Shown: positions 51,001 to 64,000 of the stretch, in pieces
How positions within the stretch are numbered: position 1 is the first letter of the stretch
Layout of the letters: the number at the start of each line of letters is the position of its first letter
Assembly (NCBI RefSeq): GCF_036321535.1
Contig: NC_087436.1
Coordinates: 16,678,001 to 16,742,000, forward strand
DNA length: 64,000 nt
DNA from: Camelus dromedarius
Lineage: Eukaryota
Direction of reading: 5' to 3'
The notes under the pieces: model-generated
What the model saw: the letters and a program-made list of their open reading frames with translations, nothing else
What the model was told of the DNA's origin: nothing
Databases searched by the model: none
Translations under genes and position numbers: made by a program

Positions 51001-53604
51001 TCTATTCTATTCCACTAATCCACAAACACACACAATAATCTGGACCTGAACTGAAGCATTGGATGTAGGAGTAGGGTGGAGTGGGAGTGAGAATAGAGAG
51101 GAGTAAGAGATATTTGGGGGTTCACAGGCTTTTGTGACTGGGTACTGGAGATGAAGGGCTTGAAATAGAAATATGGGCATCACTGCATAAGGGATAGTTG
51201 AAACTGTGGGAGGACGTGCAATCACCCTGGAAAAAGAAAGCTTGGGACAGAATTTCATTTCTAAAGGACAGAGATCATCTTTTTCTCCCAGTAGTGCAAT
51301 TAGAACCCTTTATTCAAACAAATTCTTAACTGGATGCCCATATGTATGGCAAATAGATATAGAACTGCTCACACAGAAGACAGTGGCTTGACCTCTCCCC
51401 CATTCTTCTCCATCACTGGCTGGCAGGGAAACTACTGCACTGCATGTGATAGGGAAGGAGTCGGGGTGAGGGAAAACGGGGAGGGAGGAAATTCTATTTA
51501 TGGAGTGTCTCTTTTGTGTAGGCACAGGTTTAGGTACTTCTCATGAGTGATTTGTGATGATGATGATCCTGGGGAAGATAGCTGGAATCTGTAATTCCTC
51601 TTTTCCAAAATGTTAAAAATTATTGCCAGGCAAATCCTTCCAAAGCATTTAAATATCCTCCATTCCACTTGGAACTGGGCTATATGCTTTTCACATCACA
51701 AATGAACAAACATAGAGATGTTAAACCTCTTACACAAAATTGGTTGCTAGAAGCTATTCAACTATAGAAATGTAGCATATGCATGTATGCTTTTTAGAAG
51801 CTTTCTCCTGAAAATATAGATGTCCCAGGCAACTACTGGTGATAACCCGTATGGAGGATTATTTTGCCAGATTCTTCTAGCACAACTGGCAAATTCGTTC
51901 TATACTCACTTTCCCTTTTATTTTTAAGGGCCAAAAATGATACATCATAAATGGTTCTAAGCGTTGTGCTTAATTTTCAAAAATTTCCTTTGCTTGATGT
52001 CTCTAGAGAATTTTGAGAACTAAACATCATAGCAAAATTTGTTTGGCAACTTTCAATAAGCAGACTGTTTATCATCCTGATGTATATTAAAAGTTTTAAA
52101 AAAACCCACCATTGTTAGTGCATGCTAATAAAAATCTGTATTGTTCCTAACAGTACTGTTATTTCCTTGGCTTTGCATTGCTTTGCTTCATCAGAAGGTA
52201 GTAGCAAAGTTTTAAAATAAAAATTCCTCAAAGAATTAGACTCACTCTGTGTAAGTTTTAAATAAATTATAATTTTAAGTCCTCTCTTTAAATACATTAA
52301 TTCACTTTACATTTTCTCTCTCCTTTGTGAATACTTACTTAGACTTTTATGAATTTCCTTATGAAAATTGTGTTTATAATTTTTATCAGAATAATATATT
52401 ATATCTTTGTAAGATCTTATGATGTAAAATAAGTCATAAATAGAGCTTCTTAGGAAATACACTTCATGCTTAGAGACTACAATGTATATAAATTGATGTT
52501 CATGTACATAGTTAAAGATTTAGATTTTAAATTTCTAAACTAACATTTCAAAATGCCGCTTTTAGAATTTCCATATCTGAGGAAATGGCCTTTCTTTTGT
52601 GCTAGGCAATAAAACTATTTTCAAATGAATTTTTCATATGGAAATTTAATTATTCACATTTCAATGGGTGTTTTCAAAATAAAATCTTTTTCATAGTGAA
52701 GAGGTACAAATTATAAGCCCACAACAATACATACAATAGCTTGAAGGCTATCTAATCAGAGAAGCCACAGACCTTAGAGTTTTTTTTTTTTCCTGGGGTG
52801 ATAGTTAATGGACTGCTACTGCTGTCTTCATTGCTGGGTTGATTGTGACCTGAATTAGGAAGCCTTTTGTGCTTTCACCCTTTAATTTAATTAGATAATG
52901 ATTTTGTAGTCAGGAGTTCCCTGGAGATAGCAAATTTATTGACACTGTAAATCAATCTCTGGATGCAATTTCATGTTGTTCATTTCACTGTTGATGGATA
53001 GAAAGACCACACAGAGTATGGAACAAATGTTAATTTTGCCAAATAGTAAGTCTAAGCATATCCTGAAAAAATGGTGGAAAGATTGGAATAGGAGGCCAAA
53101 TGTGTGATGTCCTGCGAAGAATCAGGAATATTCAGACATTTTCAAAACACTGGCAAAGAATGCTTTGCATTTCATATAATTAAATATGCTAAAATAGTGG
53201 GTAGCTAGAACTTTTTCAACCCTAACTACAGTTCTAGGGGCAAGAATTTTTGTACCTGAAAAATAATGAGCTACAGTAATATTCCCTTTTGGTGTGGGAG
53301 TTTAGTGTTTCTCATCCATTTAGTGACTCGAACTCTAATCTGGGTTTTTCCCCCTTGTATCTTGGAAATCTTTTTAGGTATTAACTCCTAAATGTTAAGA
53401 GTATTTCTGCTTAATCAGTGTTTTCAAACATTTTTAAAACATCAGGACCTTCTTTTCACTTAAGAGATTTCGAAGAGTATCAGTATATGAGTTATTTTAT
53501 TAGAATACAGTTCTTTTTTGAGTTCAAATTTTATGATGTTTACTTATAAAAGAATTTAGTGAGAATGATGAGGCTACATTGACAAAATTTCATTTATTAT
53601 TAAT

Positions 53605-54030
53605 TTCTTCTTTTATTAAGATATAATTGACATACAGCACTGTATAAGCTGTACAGCATAATGATTTGATTTACATATATTATGAATTGATTACTATAAT
53701 AAGTTTAGTCAACATCCATCATCTTATACAGATACAAAATTAAAGAAATAGAAAAATTTTTTTCTGTGATGAAAACTCTTGGGATTTACTCTCTCAATAA
53801 CTTTCATGCAGAACATACAGCAGGGCTAATTCTATTTAACATGCACATTACATCTCTAGTACTTATTTATTTATTTATTTTTATAAATCACATGGTAAGG
53901 AGTGGCTTTCCTTCAAGTTATTCTTTTTTTTTTGTTTATCTTATAACTGTAAGTTTGTAGTACCTTTTGACTGCTTTCATCCCCCCACACCCCCTCTGGT
54001 AACCACAAATCTGATCTCTTTTTCTATGAG
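53605..54030 (-). mobile_element. L1 3' end (L1MA9-like) with an internal insertion of about 60 bp
   Basis: ttttattaagatataattgacatacagcactgtataag...cctctggtaaccacaaatctgatctctttttctatgag. Colinear with 13777-14067. Confidence 0.9.
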
Positions 54031-54249
54031 GACAAATAGAAAATTTAAAATTAGACATTATAGATAAAAATTACAGTTTATCAGCAACACATTAAGTGCT
54101 GGTTTTTGATTGCACAGTACTGAGAAAATAATGGCACACAGATAAGTAGTTACAAAGAATAAAGTGGTAACTATTCATTTTCCTTTAAGCACTGGTCTTG
54201 CAATCTCTGAATTTCTTCAACAAGGAGAACCAGAGATTTGAAAGAGAAC

Positions 54250-57200
54250 AATAGATACTATCGTTTATAGCTACAATGGAGTAACTGGACAAAATATATG
54301 AAACGATGATTTTCAGACATTAGACGTGAGGCTGTGCAGAACAGTGATCCCTGAGGGACAGGAAGCAAGCATGATAAGACTACAATTAACCCAACTAACC
54401 CAGTTTATTGTCTGGAGAGAATTTCTAAACTGCAGTTCTGGGAAGAGGGAATTGAGAAGGAGTCCGGCAGTCTTTGAGCTGAGATGTAGTTGAGAGTCAG
54501 AGAAAGCCAACAAGGCTAGAGTTCCTAAAACAGAGTCCTGTAATACAGAAAGCTGCACAGAGAGAGAGCTCCAGAGACACTCAGTGAGCCCCCTGAGTCC
54601 TCAGCTGAGTGCTATCAGAATACGCATGTGAGAAAACTGTGCAAGGCCAGGAAAAGAACAAGCCAAAAGGAGCAGAGAAAACAACCTGCACGTATTGTAC
54701 AGCCAGTTCATGCTCTTACCAGCCAGCATAGAGGACCTTGCAATTCTTGTAATTCATTAGGGTATTGCCTCAAGAAGGGGGCAAGATTATCCCTAGCCCA
54801 GGGATTGACAAACTTTTTCTACAAAAGGTCAGATAGTAAATATTTTAGACATGGTGTTTGACATACGACTTCTGTTGATTCTCCCTCCTCCGTATTTTTT
54901 TCTTCCTTTTACAATCCTTTAAAAAAATCAAAAAGTACTCTTAGCTCATGGGTCATACAAAAACATCCTGTGGGCTGGATTTGTCCTATAAGCCATAATC
55001 TGCCAACTACTGTCATTGAGTGATATCTATTATGGTTCTGCCTAATAAAATTTAAAAACAAACCTTGAAGAATCAGTTCCCCATTAATTCTACTGCATTC
55101 TAAACAAAACTCATGTTTATTTAAAGGCATACAAAAATATATAGCATCCAAGAAGGTAAAATTCACAATGTCTGTAATCCAATGAAAAATTTCTAGGCAT
55201 TCAAATAAGCAGGAAAATATAACCCATAATAAGGAGAAAAATCAATGAATCAAAACTGACTCAGAAATGGGACAGATGATAGAGTTAGTAGGTAAGCACA
55301 TTAAACTAGTTATTATAACTATGTTGCATGTATTCAAGAAGCTACTTAAAGATTAAGCTTGCTAGGTAGAGATATGAAAGACATTAAAAAAAGACCAAAT
55401 TGAATTTCCAGGCATGAAATATAAAATGTCTGAAAAATATACTACATGAAATATATGACAGATTAGAATCTGCGAAAGAAAAAATTAGTGAACTAAAAGA
55501 CACAGCAATAGAAACTATCCAAGATGAAACAGAGAGAGGAAAAAAGAGACTATCTTTTCCCCAAAACTCTGCCCTGAAACTCACCAACAAGAAAGACAAA
55601 AACAGCATTACTGAGCTTCAGACAACTTTAAGCAGCCTAGTGTCAGTGAAATGGGCTTCTCTGAATAAGGGAAAGGACACAAAAATATTTGAATAAATAA
55701 TGGCCACATTTTTCCAATTTTGACAAAAACTGTAAATCCATGATATCAAGTTCAATGAATCCCAAGATAAAGAAAAACAAAGAAAAATTATACTAATGCA
55801 TAGCATCAGCACATTACTTAAAACCTGTGATAAGGAGAAAATCTCAAAAGCAATCCAAGGAATAAAGGAAAGAAAAGAATAATTATGCAAGCCAGAAAGC
55901 AGTGTAGCAATAACTTCAAAGCACTGAAAGGAAAACATAACTCAATCTATAATTAAATAAATTTTAAAGGTTAGAGCAGAAATCAATGTAACAGAAAGCA
56001 GAAAAAAATGGAGGAAAATAAATGAAACTAAAAGTTGGTTCTTTGAGAAGATCAATAAAATTAATAAGCATCTAGCCAGGCTGATCCAGAAAAAAAGAGA
56101 AGAGATGAAAATATCAGGAATGAGAGCTGTGATGCCACTGCCATTCCTATATGTATTTAAAGGATAACAGAATAACATGAGAAACTTTATGAGCGTAAAT
56201 TTGACAATTTAGGGGAAATTTGAAAAATTTTTGAAACACACAGACTACCAAGTGCATTTGAGAAGAATTATATATCTTGAATAGCCCTATCTCTATTAAA
56301 GAAATTGAACTTGTATACGAAAATCTTTCCCACAAAGAAAACTCCAGACCCTCATGGCTTTCCATGTGAATTCTACCAAACTTTTAAAGGAGAAATGATA
56401 CTATTTATACATAAACTTGTCCATATTATTAAAAAGGGGGAAAAACTTCCAACTCATTCTAGGCCAGCATTACACTGATGTTAAAATCAGGTGGACATTC
56501 TATGCAAAGAAAACTGCAGATTAGTATAAACTTGTATTAGATCATAAACATAGATGCAAAAATTCTTTAAAAACTTTTAGTAAATTGAGTGCAACAACAT
56601 AAAAGCTTAATACAACAAAATGAATAATAGTTCATGACCAGCTGGGTTACTCTGGAATGTACAGTTGGTTTAACACTTAAAAAAAAGTAATCAATGTAAT
56701 TGACCATATTAAGAGAACCCCCTCGCCACAAAATGATCATCTCAATAGTTGTAGAAAAAGCATTTGACAAACATGAGAGAACATACTAGCAACTTTGAGT
56801 TTCAGGAAGGTTTTTTAAAGGGAAGATTCAATAAACTGGACATCATCAAAATTAAAAACTTTTATTCCTCAGAAAATATTGATGAAAATATAAATAAATG
56901 TCACAGACTAGGAGAAAATAGTTGTAAAAAAACATATCCAACAAAGACTTCATTTCTAAAATATGGAAAGAATTCTTACAAGTCATCAGTAAGAAGATGT
57001 CAATGCCATAAATGTAGGTAGATTCTGACTGTAGAAGATATATGAATTAACCCGTGAAAAGATGATCGACATACAACAATAAGCATGAATATCAAAATCA
57101 TTTTGCTAAGTGAAAGAAGTTAACCACACAGGATACTACATTCTGTATAATTTCATATATATGAAACTGCAGAAAAGGCAAACCAATAGTGATAAAAAAG

Positions 57201-57410
57201 AAAACAAATTAGTTGTTGAGAAGGGCCAGAGAGCAGGAGTAGGGGTTGGCTGCAAAGGGGCACATGGGAACTTTGGAAGGTGGTGGAAATATTCTATATC
57301 ATGATTACTGGGGTGGTGATATGACTCTGCGTTTGTCAAAATGTATCATACTGTTCAATTAAAAATGTTGAATTTAGGTGTATATAAATAGGATCTCAAT
57401 GAAACCGATA
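54250..57410 (+). mobile_element. Internally deleted old L1 with 5' UTR, ORF1, partial ORF2 and 3' end
   Basis: About 55460-55540 translates to RLESAKEKISELKDTAIETIQDETER (L1 ORF1p coiled-coil pattern). ORF2 motifs aaaagttggttctttgagaagatcaataaaatt and gtagaaaaagcatttgacaaa. 3' UTR at 57080-57410. Confidence 0.88.
54799..55012 (+). mobile_element. MER58-family (MER58C-like) hAT-Charlie MITE nested in L1
   Basis: cagggattgacaaactttttctacaaaaggtcagatagtaaatattttag...ggctggatttgtcc...tctgccaactactg, with degenerate CAG...CTG terminal inverted repeats. Confidence 0.85.
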
Positions 57411-58925
57411 CAAAAACTGTACGTTTCATATTTAAAATAAATACTATACTGTATGCCTAGAAAGGTGGGGGGAGAGGGGAGAAGCTATGGTCTAAGGTGT
57501 AAATAAAATGAATGAACCAGGCAGTAGTTAGTTAATCAGTCAAAGATCTTTGATGTGTTTAAAATTTTCTATTTCGTACATTCAAGTGTCCATGTGGCTT
57601 AGATAACGGCTTTAAAAAGAGTTGCATATGTTTTTAAAAAGGAATTAAAATATTCTTAGAAATCTTGGAGTACCACAGTATCCAGCTCCTGGTTAACATT
57701 CTGCTTGCATGCTGGTTCACTTTTTGTTTTGTTATTGTAGTTGAGTAATTCATGGTTAGGTTAGTGAGAATACTTTTGACCCCCGTGGAGGAATACTGAA
57801 GACCTGCTTGTTCCTTTCCTCTTGCTACTCTAATGTGCCTTTGGACAGTGAGGGGGCTGTTCAGTTGACAAGAAGCTGTACAAAAAAGAAAGCGTGCATG
57901 GCCACTTGATGACGAGTCCACTGTGATATTGACTTCGCCTTCCACCTTGGATTTGAGAAGCTTTTTATGCAAAATGACTGGGAAGAGGACTGAAGAGTTT
58001 GATCTCAGATAATCTAGTTCTTGGGATTCATATGCTTTAAACCTATTTTGAAGCCAAAGATTTTGAGATTCTTAATCAGAATTGTGCTATGCTCCTTAAA
58101 ATTTGTAAGACTCACCATGTATCACAATAAAGTCCCTCAGCTTTGTTTCAATAAACCCTACGATGTTTAATAAACTCACAGGATTGTTGAAGGTACAATC
58201 TCAGCAGCATGATCAATCCAACTTAGAGATGTAAATCTTACGAGTAGCCTTAGCAGGCTGGTGAGGAGAATTCTTCGTATTTTTAGGGGCTGTATCATCT
58301 GTCTTGAGTGCCATTTTAGACATTTTGGGGACAAATCCAAAGATCAGAAGCTGAAAAGTTGAATAAGCAATTTATCTAATAATGAGATTAAGGGACCAGA
58401 TATAGGCATTTTGCATTCCAGGTGGATAGCTTTTTAAGAGTCTTCCCAATAGGGTGACCCAGCAGTACCTGTAGTAAAGATGGAGAGGAAGGTTGTAGAA
58501 GCGGAGGGACTGGGGAAAGGAGATTAGGTGGTGACTCAACAGTCCTCTCTAACTCCTGGTCTCACCCAATGTGAGTGAGGAAAGCATAAATTGGCACCAA
58601 GACAGTTGAAATGTAAATAAGGCATCAAGGAATGTGTTAGTCCTTTGGGAGGCGACTGTAGGCTACTTAAAGGAGAAAAGTGTAGGTTCTGTTCTTATAC
58701 TATTCTCCTTTACTTCAGAACAACACACATTGTTTTAGTGGCAGAAAGGTTAGTGTACCAAAAAAAGGACTGATAGAGGAAAAGTCAGAAAGATAGGCGG
58801 GGGCCAGACCTTACAGGACCTTTCAGGCCACGTAAAGAGTTTGGAATTTTTTCTGGGTTTGATGGGAATCCAATCTTTGCAAAGCTCATGTTGGCCATTA
58901 CCTGGAAGCCTGAACAAAAAGGGGT

Positions 58926-59594
58926 TTTATCTATTAAGAATGCTTTCAGCGGAAAACAGCAGAGAACTCTACAAACAGTGCCTAAAACAAGCCAGAGTTT
59001 TCTTTGTCTCACATAATCAGAACACTGAGAGCAGGCTGTCCATCCTCTTTGGGTTCAGTGATATTGTCAAGAATCCAGGCATCTTCCACTTTCCTGTGCA
59101 CCACCTTTAGCATGTGGTGTCTCTCGTGTTTCTCTTTTGGTCGCAATACAGCTGTTTCACTTTTTTTTTTCCCCTTGGGGAAGAGGAGGTAATTAAGTTT
59201 TTATTTATTTATTTATTTTTAATGCAGGTGCTGGGGATTGAACCCAGGACCTTGTGCATGGTAGGTATGAACTCCACCACTGAGCTATACCCTCCCTCCT
59301 CAGCTGTTTCACTTTTGATATCATGATCACATTCCTGGAAGGAAGTAGAAGGAGAGCAAAGTGTGGTTATTGGTCTGTTGTTTCTGAAAAGCTCTTTTGG
59401 AAGCTCTCTGCTCAAGATTATGATTATTTCTCTTTGGCCAGAACAGGGTCAAATGGCTATCTTTAGCTGCAAGAGGAGCTCAGAAGGTGTAGATTGAGCT
59501 GCTTACTCTGTATTCCTGAATAAAATCAGGGGTCCATTAGTAAGAAAGAAGGGCAGACTGGATATTGTATAGATGGCCAGCAGTGTTGATCACA
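58926..59594 (-). mobile_element. MaLR solo LTR (MLT1J/K-like)
   Basis: aagaatgctttcagc...tctcacataa...ttggccagaacagggtcaaatggctatctttagctgcaagagg...ggatattg...caca. Flanks ggggt and ggggg. Confidence 0.8.
59165..59300 (-). mobile_element. tRNA-Ala-derived camelid SINE (vic-1-like) nested in the LTR
   Basis: gaggtaattaag...ctggggattgaacccaggaccttgtgcatg...ccactgagctataccctcc. Exact 16-bp TSD cagctgtttcactttt at 59149-59164 and 59301-59316. Confidence 0.95.
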
Positions 59595-60660
59595 GGGGGA
59601 ATGATTGGAAACATGTTACATGGGGGTCATGTTACAGGCTATTTCAGGAATGATGGTGAGAGATGACGGATCTTGGACTAGGGTGACAGAGACAGTGGTA
59701 GTGAAAAGTGGTCAGATTTATATGAAAAAAAAGAGCCAACAAACCTTGCTAATGGATTTCATGTGAGACGTTAGAGGGAGTGAGTAGTCAAAGAAGACTT
59801 CCACACATATTCCATATACCCTGCTAAACAGGTGGAAAGTGATATTTACTGAGAGAGTGAAGATTGGGGAGGAGCAAATGTGGGAGGAAAAAAATTAGAA
59901 TTTTCTCTAACATAGGCAGAGATGTCACCATTGCTAATGTCAGAGTTAGAAATCTTTCACTGACTATTTAGCAGATCTGTTGTGGCAGATACTTAGAGAG
60001 GAGACTGGTGATGGGCATAATTGTTGAACTTTTCAAGCTCCCTGATGCATCACCCAGTACAAAGCAGCAGCCAGCTGCAGCAAAGAGGTCCGTCTTTGAT
60101 ACTCTGGGGACCTTGAGTCAAATGAATTCTCTAACATCATTATGGTTTTTGTGTAACTGTAAGAAATAGCCTCTTGGGCTTGGGAGCTGGGAGATTTTTT
60201 CCCAAATTAGGTGGGCCACTGTGCTTCTGAAGAAACAGAACAAACAAGAATATGAGGAGGGACTATGCATGGGCACTGTGGCTCTGGGAATGGATTTAGA
60301 GGAGTGAGTAATTAAAATGTGAGGTAGTGGAAAGAAACGCTGATGTAATCCTGTAGGATGCTGCTTCCATCTTGTTATTACGGCACCATATTGCCCTTAG
60401 GATTATTCATACATAATCTTGAATCGAGTCCCAACTTCTTGGCCTGCTTTTCAAAATCCTCCAGGAGATGCCCCCCCTCTAAGCATATTTCTCACTTGGT
60501 GCCTGTTTTAGTGCCTGTGAGTTGTTTCTCTTGTCTCTGTTCTCCGACTCCTAGAGATGTATTTGTCAGTGGGACCCAAGGCTGTTCCACATACTATACA
60601 GACTTGATGTGGCCAGTAGGTGTCTCATCAGTTTGGGGTTTAGGATTAAGCCTTCTTGAG

Positions 60661-60752
60661 TGTATCGAATCACCATGATGCACACTTTGAATAGTTTACA
60701 ATTTTATTTGTCAATTATACCTTAATAAGGCTGAAATTAAAAAAAAAAAAAG
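60661..60752 (+). mobile_element. Very short L1 3' terminus with poly(A)
   Basis: caattttatttgtcaattataccttaataaggctg followed by an A tract. Confidence 0.75.
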
Positions 60753-62602
60753 AATTGTCTCGTTGACTAGCAGACCTCAAGATCTGGGGCACCTAGACAA
60801 GCCCTCTAAACTTCCTTAATGACCCTTGAGTCATGGCACTGCACCTTGGACTGGGCTTCGACCTTGACCCCACACCTTACACCAGCCAGTTGTTTTGCAT
60901 GATATCATTGTTTCCTTTGAGGACTAGGGATGTTGCTCTGATCTCCAGTCTACATATCTCTTTCCACTCTTGTTACCTTGGGAGAGTTGAACTATGCCTC
61001 CTTTAGTCTTAGCTACAGACTTTAAAATTTTCTCCTGTTGTAAATTAACTCCCAGAACCACACACAATTCCCACTGACTCTCATGTAAGTAGCAGAGGCT
61101 CTTGTCACTATGACCTGCCTATGGATTAATTATAGTTCTGACGTCTGCCTGAACAATATGTAAGTCTGTTTTGCTCTTGCACTTTGTTACAAACTCCAGA
61201 GTTTGTAATATCTCTCCTCGTCAACCTGCTGGTTCAGTGTTGCTGTTCCAACCTGTCTGATCTTCTCACCTAATATGCCATTCTCTCCTTGGTCATTTTT
61301 TTTCACTTGCTATTCACCTGATTTGGAAAGGGGGTCCTTTTTCTTTCTATACTCTAGAACCTACTTATTTGACAAGGTCCGGGTCAAGATTCAGTTTTTT
61401 TAAATGGCTTAAAGGAGGGTACAGTGAGAAAGATCATATTAGCAAACATTCCTTGTCCTGTCTTCTATAAAATGCTTACAAATATAGATTCTACTGATGT
61501 CAGATTTCATAACTGCATACAGCAAGACAAATTAAATCCTATCACATCTTTCTACACATAGAAAAATGGAAATTACATAATTAGATTCTCTACTTGTTCA
61601 AAGAATCAGTCAGTAGCAGTGAGCTAGAGTAATATTGGAGACTAAACAGAAAAATAATCATGTTCAAGCCTGAAGTGAAATTATAAATATAAAATGTATT
61701 TGCAATATCAACCAGCAAATGCTTTGAAAGATCATTTGGAGGAATGAGAAGAAATACAAGTCTTTTAGCATGGTTGTGTTAAGTCCTATTATTAAAATGC
61801 AGCTGTGGTTGTTTGGATCAATTCAGAGGCAGGAAACTTAGACCTTTTTGAATTACTTATGACTTAGCTTTGTATTTGCTGCAAATGATCCAGTCATAAT
61901 GTTAACATGTTTAATTTAAATATATTTGGTGTCTCTGAAAAGCAGTAATATATTTTTTTGAGTATGTGAGTGATCAGAGCTCAAAGAGCTATGGCATGAT
62001 ATCTTCTGAGTTATAGTTTAAAATAAACATGATCTTTCCTTTTTATGTACAAGACATTCAACCTCACATAACTGCACATGAATCAGGGATGTATATAATC
62101 CGGAATTAGTAAATATGTTCATATATTCATGCTTCTTTCATGATTCTCTTCAAAATAAGCTACACTAGAATTCTAAAATCAGTTTTTGACATCATACCAT
62201 TGTTTTAACTTGATAATTCAGATTGATTGGCACAAATGACAAAACAATCCCACACTCTAGTGATATGCAAGGAGTAATCCTGCATTTAGTAATTAATAAT
62301 ATCTTTCCTTGATACTATTCTCCTTAAGTAAACTGAAAGAGTTAGAAAATGAAACCTGGGATCTAGAAAATGTGCCTACCTGGAGGAGTGAAAAAGATCT
62401 TAGATCTATAGAAGATGTGATGGACATTTTGCTCTGAGTGCATCAAATTACTGTGAGGGTGTAAGAATTGTTTCTGTAATCAACATGGCAGCCAAAGTTG
62501 TAAACATAAATGTAACTGCCAACACTCTCATGCATACCCAGTCTACCGGCGGATACATTTGTTCAGTGTCATGTGACTACACCTCATTAGACAGAATTTA
62601 AA

Positions 62603-63150
62603 CCCATGGCTCTCAAACTGTGTGCTGCGGCACCCTGAAGCACTGGAATGAACTCACAAGGAAACTGAAGGATATTTACAATATTCAAGGAAACATGATA
62701 CTTGTCATCTGTCAGAAATGGAACAGATTATTAGCTTGAGGTAGTTTAAAGTTTCAATATGAGACAGTGCTACATTCCTTTTGGTAATGCCATATCTTTG
62801 CAAAGCTTTAGTGGTTCCTTTGAGAAAAGATATAGTAAGTAAAAATCTGTACGGAATAGGGAAAGAAGGTGGTGTGCAATCTGATTCCAAGACTGGAGAA
62901 TCTTGTGTGCCCCAAAGCTCACACATCCCAAAAATAATTGTTGCTATTTAAGAATAAAATAAACGTATCTTCTTTCTATTAGTGTTTATAATTTTTTCAA
63001 AGGCTACCATCTTGGTATATAAATACCTATTAAATTGATTAGACATAACTACTTAATAAACAAATAGTTATTTCTTTTTCTTCAACAAAAATTGCTATAA
63101 AAAGATTACTGTGATACTCAGGGTGTTGTGAACTGTGAAAATTTGGATTA
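62603..63150 (+). mobile_element. hAT-Charlie DNA transposon deletion derivative (Charlie4-like)
   Basis: Start catggctctcaaactgtgtgctgcggcaccctg. 62881-62937 translates to LIPRLENLVCPKAHTSQK*, similar to the Charlie/Buster transposase C-terminus (..QAH.SH). End agggtgttgtgaactgtgaaaatttgg. Confidence 0.7.
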
Positions 63151-64000
63151 TGCATTTATTTTCATAGTAAAAGCAAAAGGCATTTTGTGCTAAATTGAAA
63201 TTTTAAATACTGTAAATATTTCATGAAAAATGCTCTTTGTGAATGAAAAATTTTTGTTTCATATCACCTTTTCCTTACAGTTCGGGAATGTTCTCAAAAC
63301 TGGCAAAATGTAACCATTGAGGCAAAGAGAATGTGGAGTGAATTCACAGTCTTTTCTATTTCCTTCCCTACCCAAGTGGGCACCTAACATTTAAGGAAAC
63401 TTAGCAGATCCCAGCCCTAAGCCCTGAAGGGCTAATACTTAATCAGGTTCTGGCACTGAGTTTATTGATGTGGCAATAGTGTGGCAATGGTAATGGTTGG
63501 GGGAGGGTGGTAGGGAGTGGTGAGGAAAGTGAAGATAAGGCTCCTCATGGAGATAAGGTTCAGAGTCTCACAAGAGGAAAGACTGGAGAGTGAGAGCCGT
63601 AAACTAATGGCTCAGGGTTTCCCAACTTCCTGGCCCATGGTGTTTTCTTCTGCTGAAGGTCCTGACTGCCACCAAACCTACAAAGCATATTTTCCACTTT
63701 GCTGCACAGCCCCCTTCCCCTACTCCAACTCCCCAACACCGATGGTCTGACTCCATTATTTTCTGACACATTTTTTTCTCACTTCTGTTTAAACCTTAGA
63801 TAGATAACAGATAGTATATAGGTCATGGTGGCCCCCAGAAGTCTGACAAACAAATATGTATATATAGCCTTTTAATATGCAGATCTAATTCTGTATTCTC
63901 AACTTTTTAAAACTCATTTTTAGGAGATAGCATCCTTCGGAAAGCCCCAGCTAAGACTGACACTCACCTGGGAAAGGTTAGTGTTGTATGTAACTGGTTA

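Larger units (their letters stand above)
58770..59900 (-). mobile_element. L2 fragment split by a MaLR LTR
   Basis: ggggccagaccttacaggacctttcaggccacgtaaagagtttggaatttt lies before the LTR and gagagatgacggatcttggactagggtg after it. Confidence 0.75.

Noticed and set aside
57905..57995. C-box TGATGA with downstream TTGA/CTGA and a small stem (snoRNA- or hammerhead-like)
   Set aside because: No convincing terminal stem or recognisable guide, and the hammerhead core lacks the leading C and the GAAA strand.
61187..61208. Perfect 10-bp inverted repeat ttacaaactc-ca-gagtttgtaa (similar short ones at 928-941 and about 35297-35319)
   Set aside because: Stems this short are expected by chance in 64 kb of AT-rich DNA and are too short for a pre-miRNA.
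1..64000. CRISPR arrays, operons, defence systems or intact viral/transposase genes
   Set aside because: The sequence is mammalian. I saw no regularly spaced direct repeats and no long intact ORFs.

Overview
AT-rich mammalian genomic DNA with no recognisable protein-coding gene, RNA gene or prokaryote-type system. It is probably camelid (camel, alpaca or llama): six copies of a tRNA-Ala-derived SINE match the camelid vic-1 family as I recall it, and there are cetartiodactyl-type L1 3' ends. A large share of the window is interspersed repeat: L1 fragments on both strands, L2, MIR, L3/CR1, MaLR/ERVL solo LTRs and hAT DNA transposons (MER58, MER5, Charlie), with several nested insertions and readable target-site duplications (TSDs). 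The supplied ORFs are chance or repeat-derived. The best non-repeat signals are a small CpG/GC-box/G-quadruplex patch at about 14.1-14.3 kb that could be a promoter, three exon-like segments with good splice signals, and some motif-rich unique stretches. All of these are hypotheses. Repeat names come from recalled consensus sequences, not a search, and boundaries are approximate unless a TSD is quoted. I found no convincing novel biological system.
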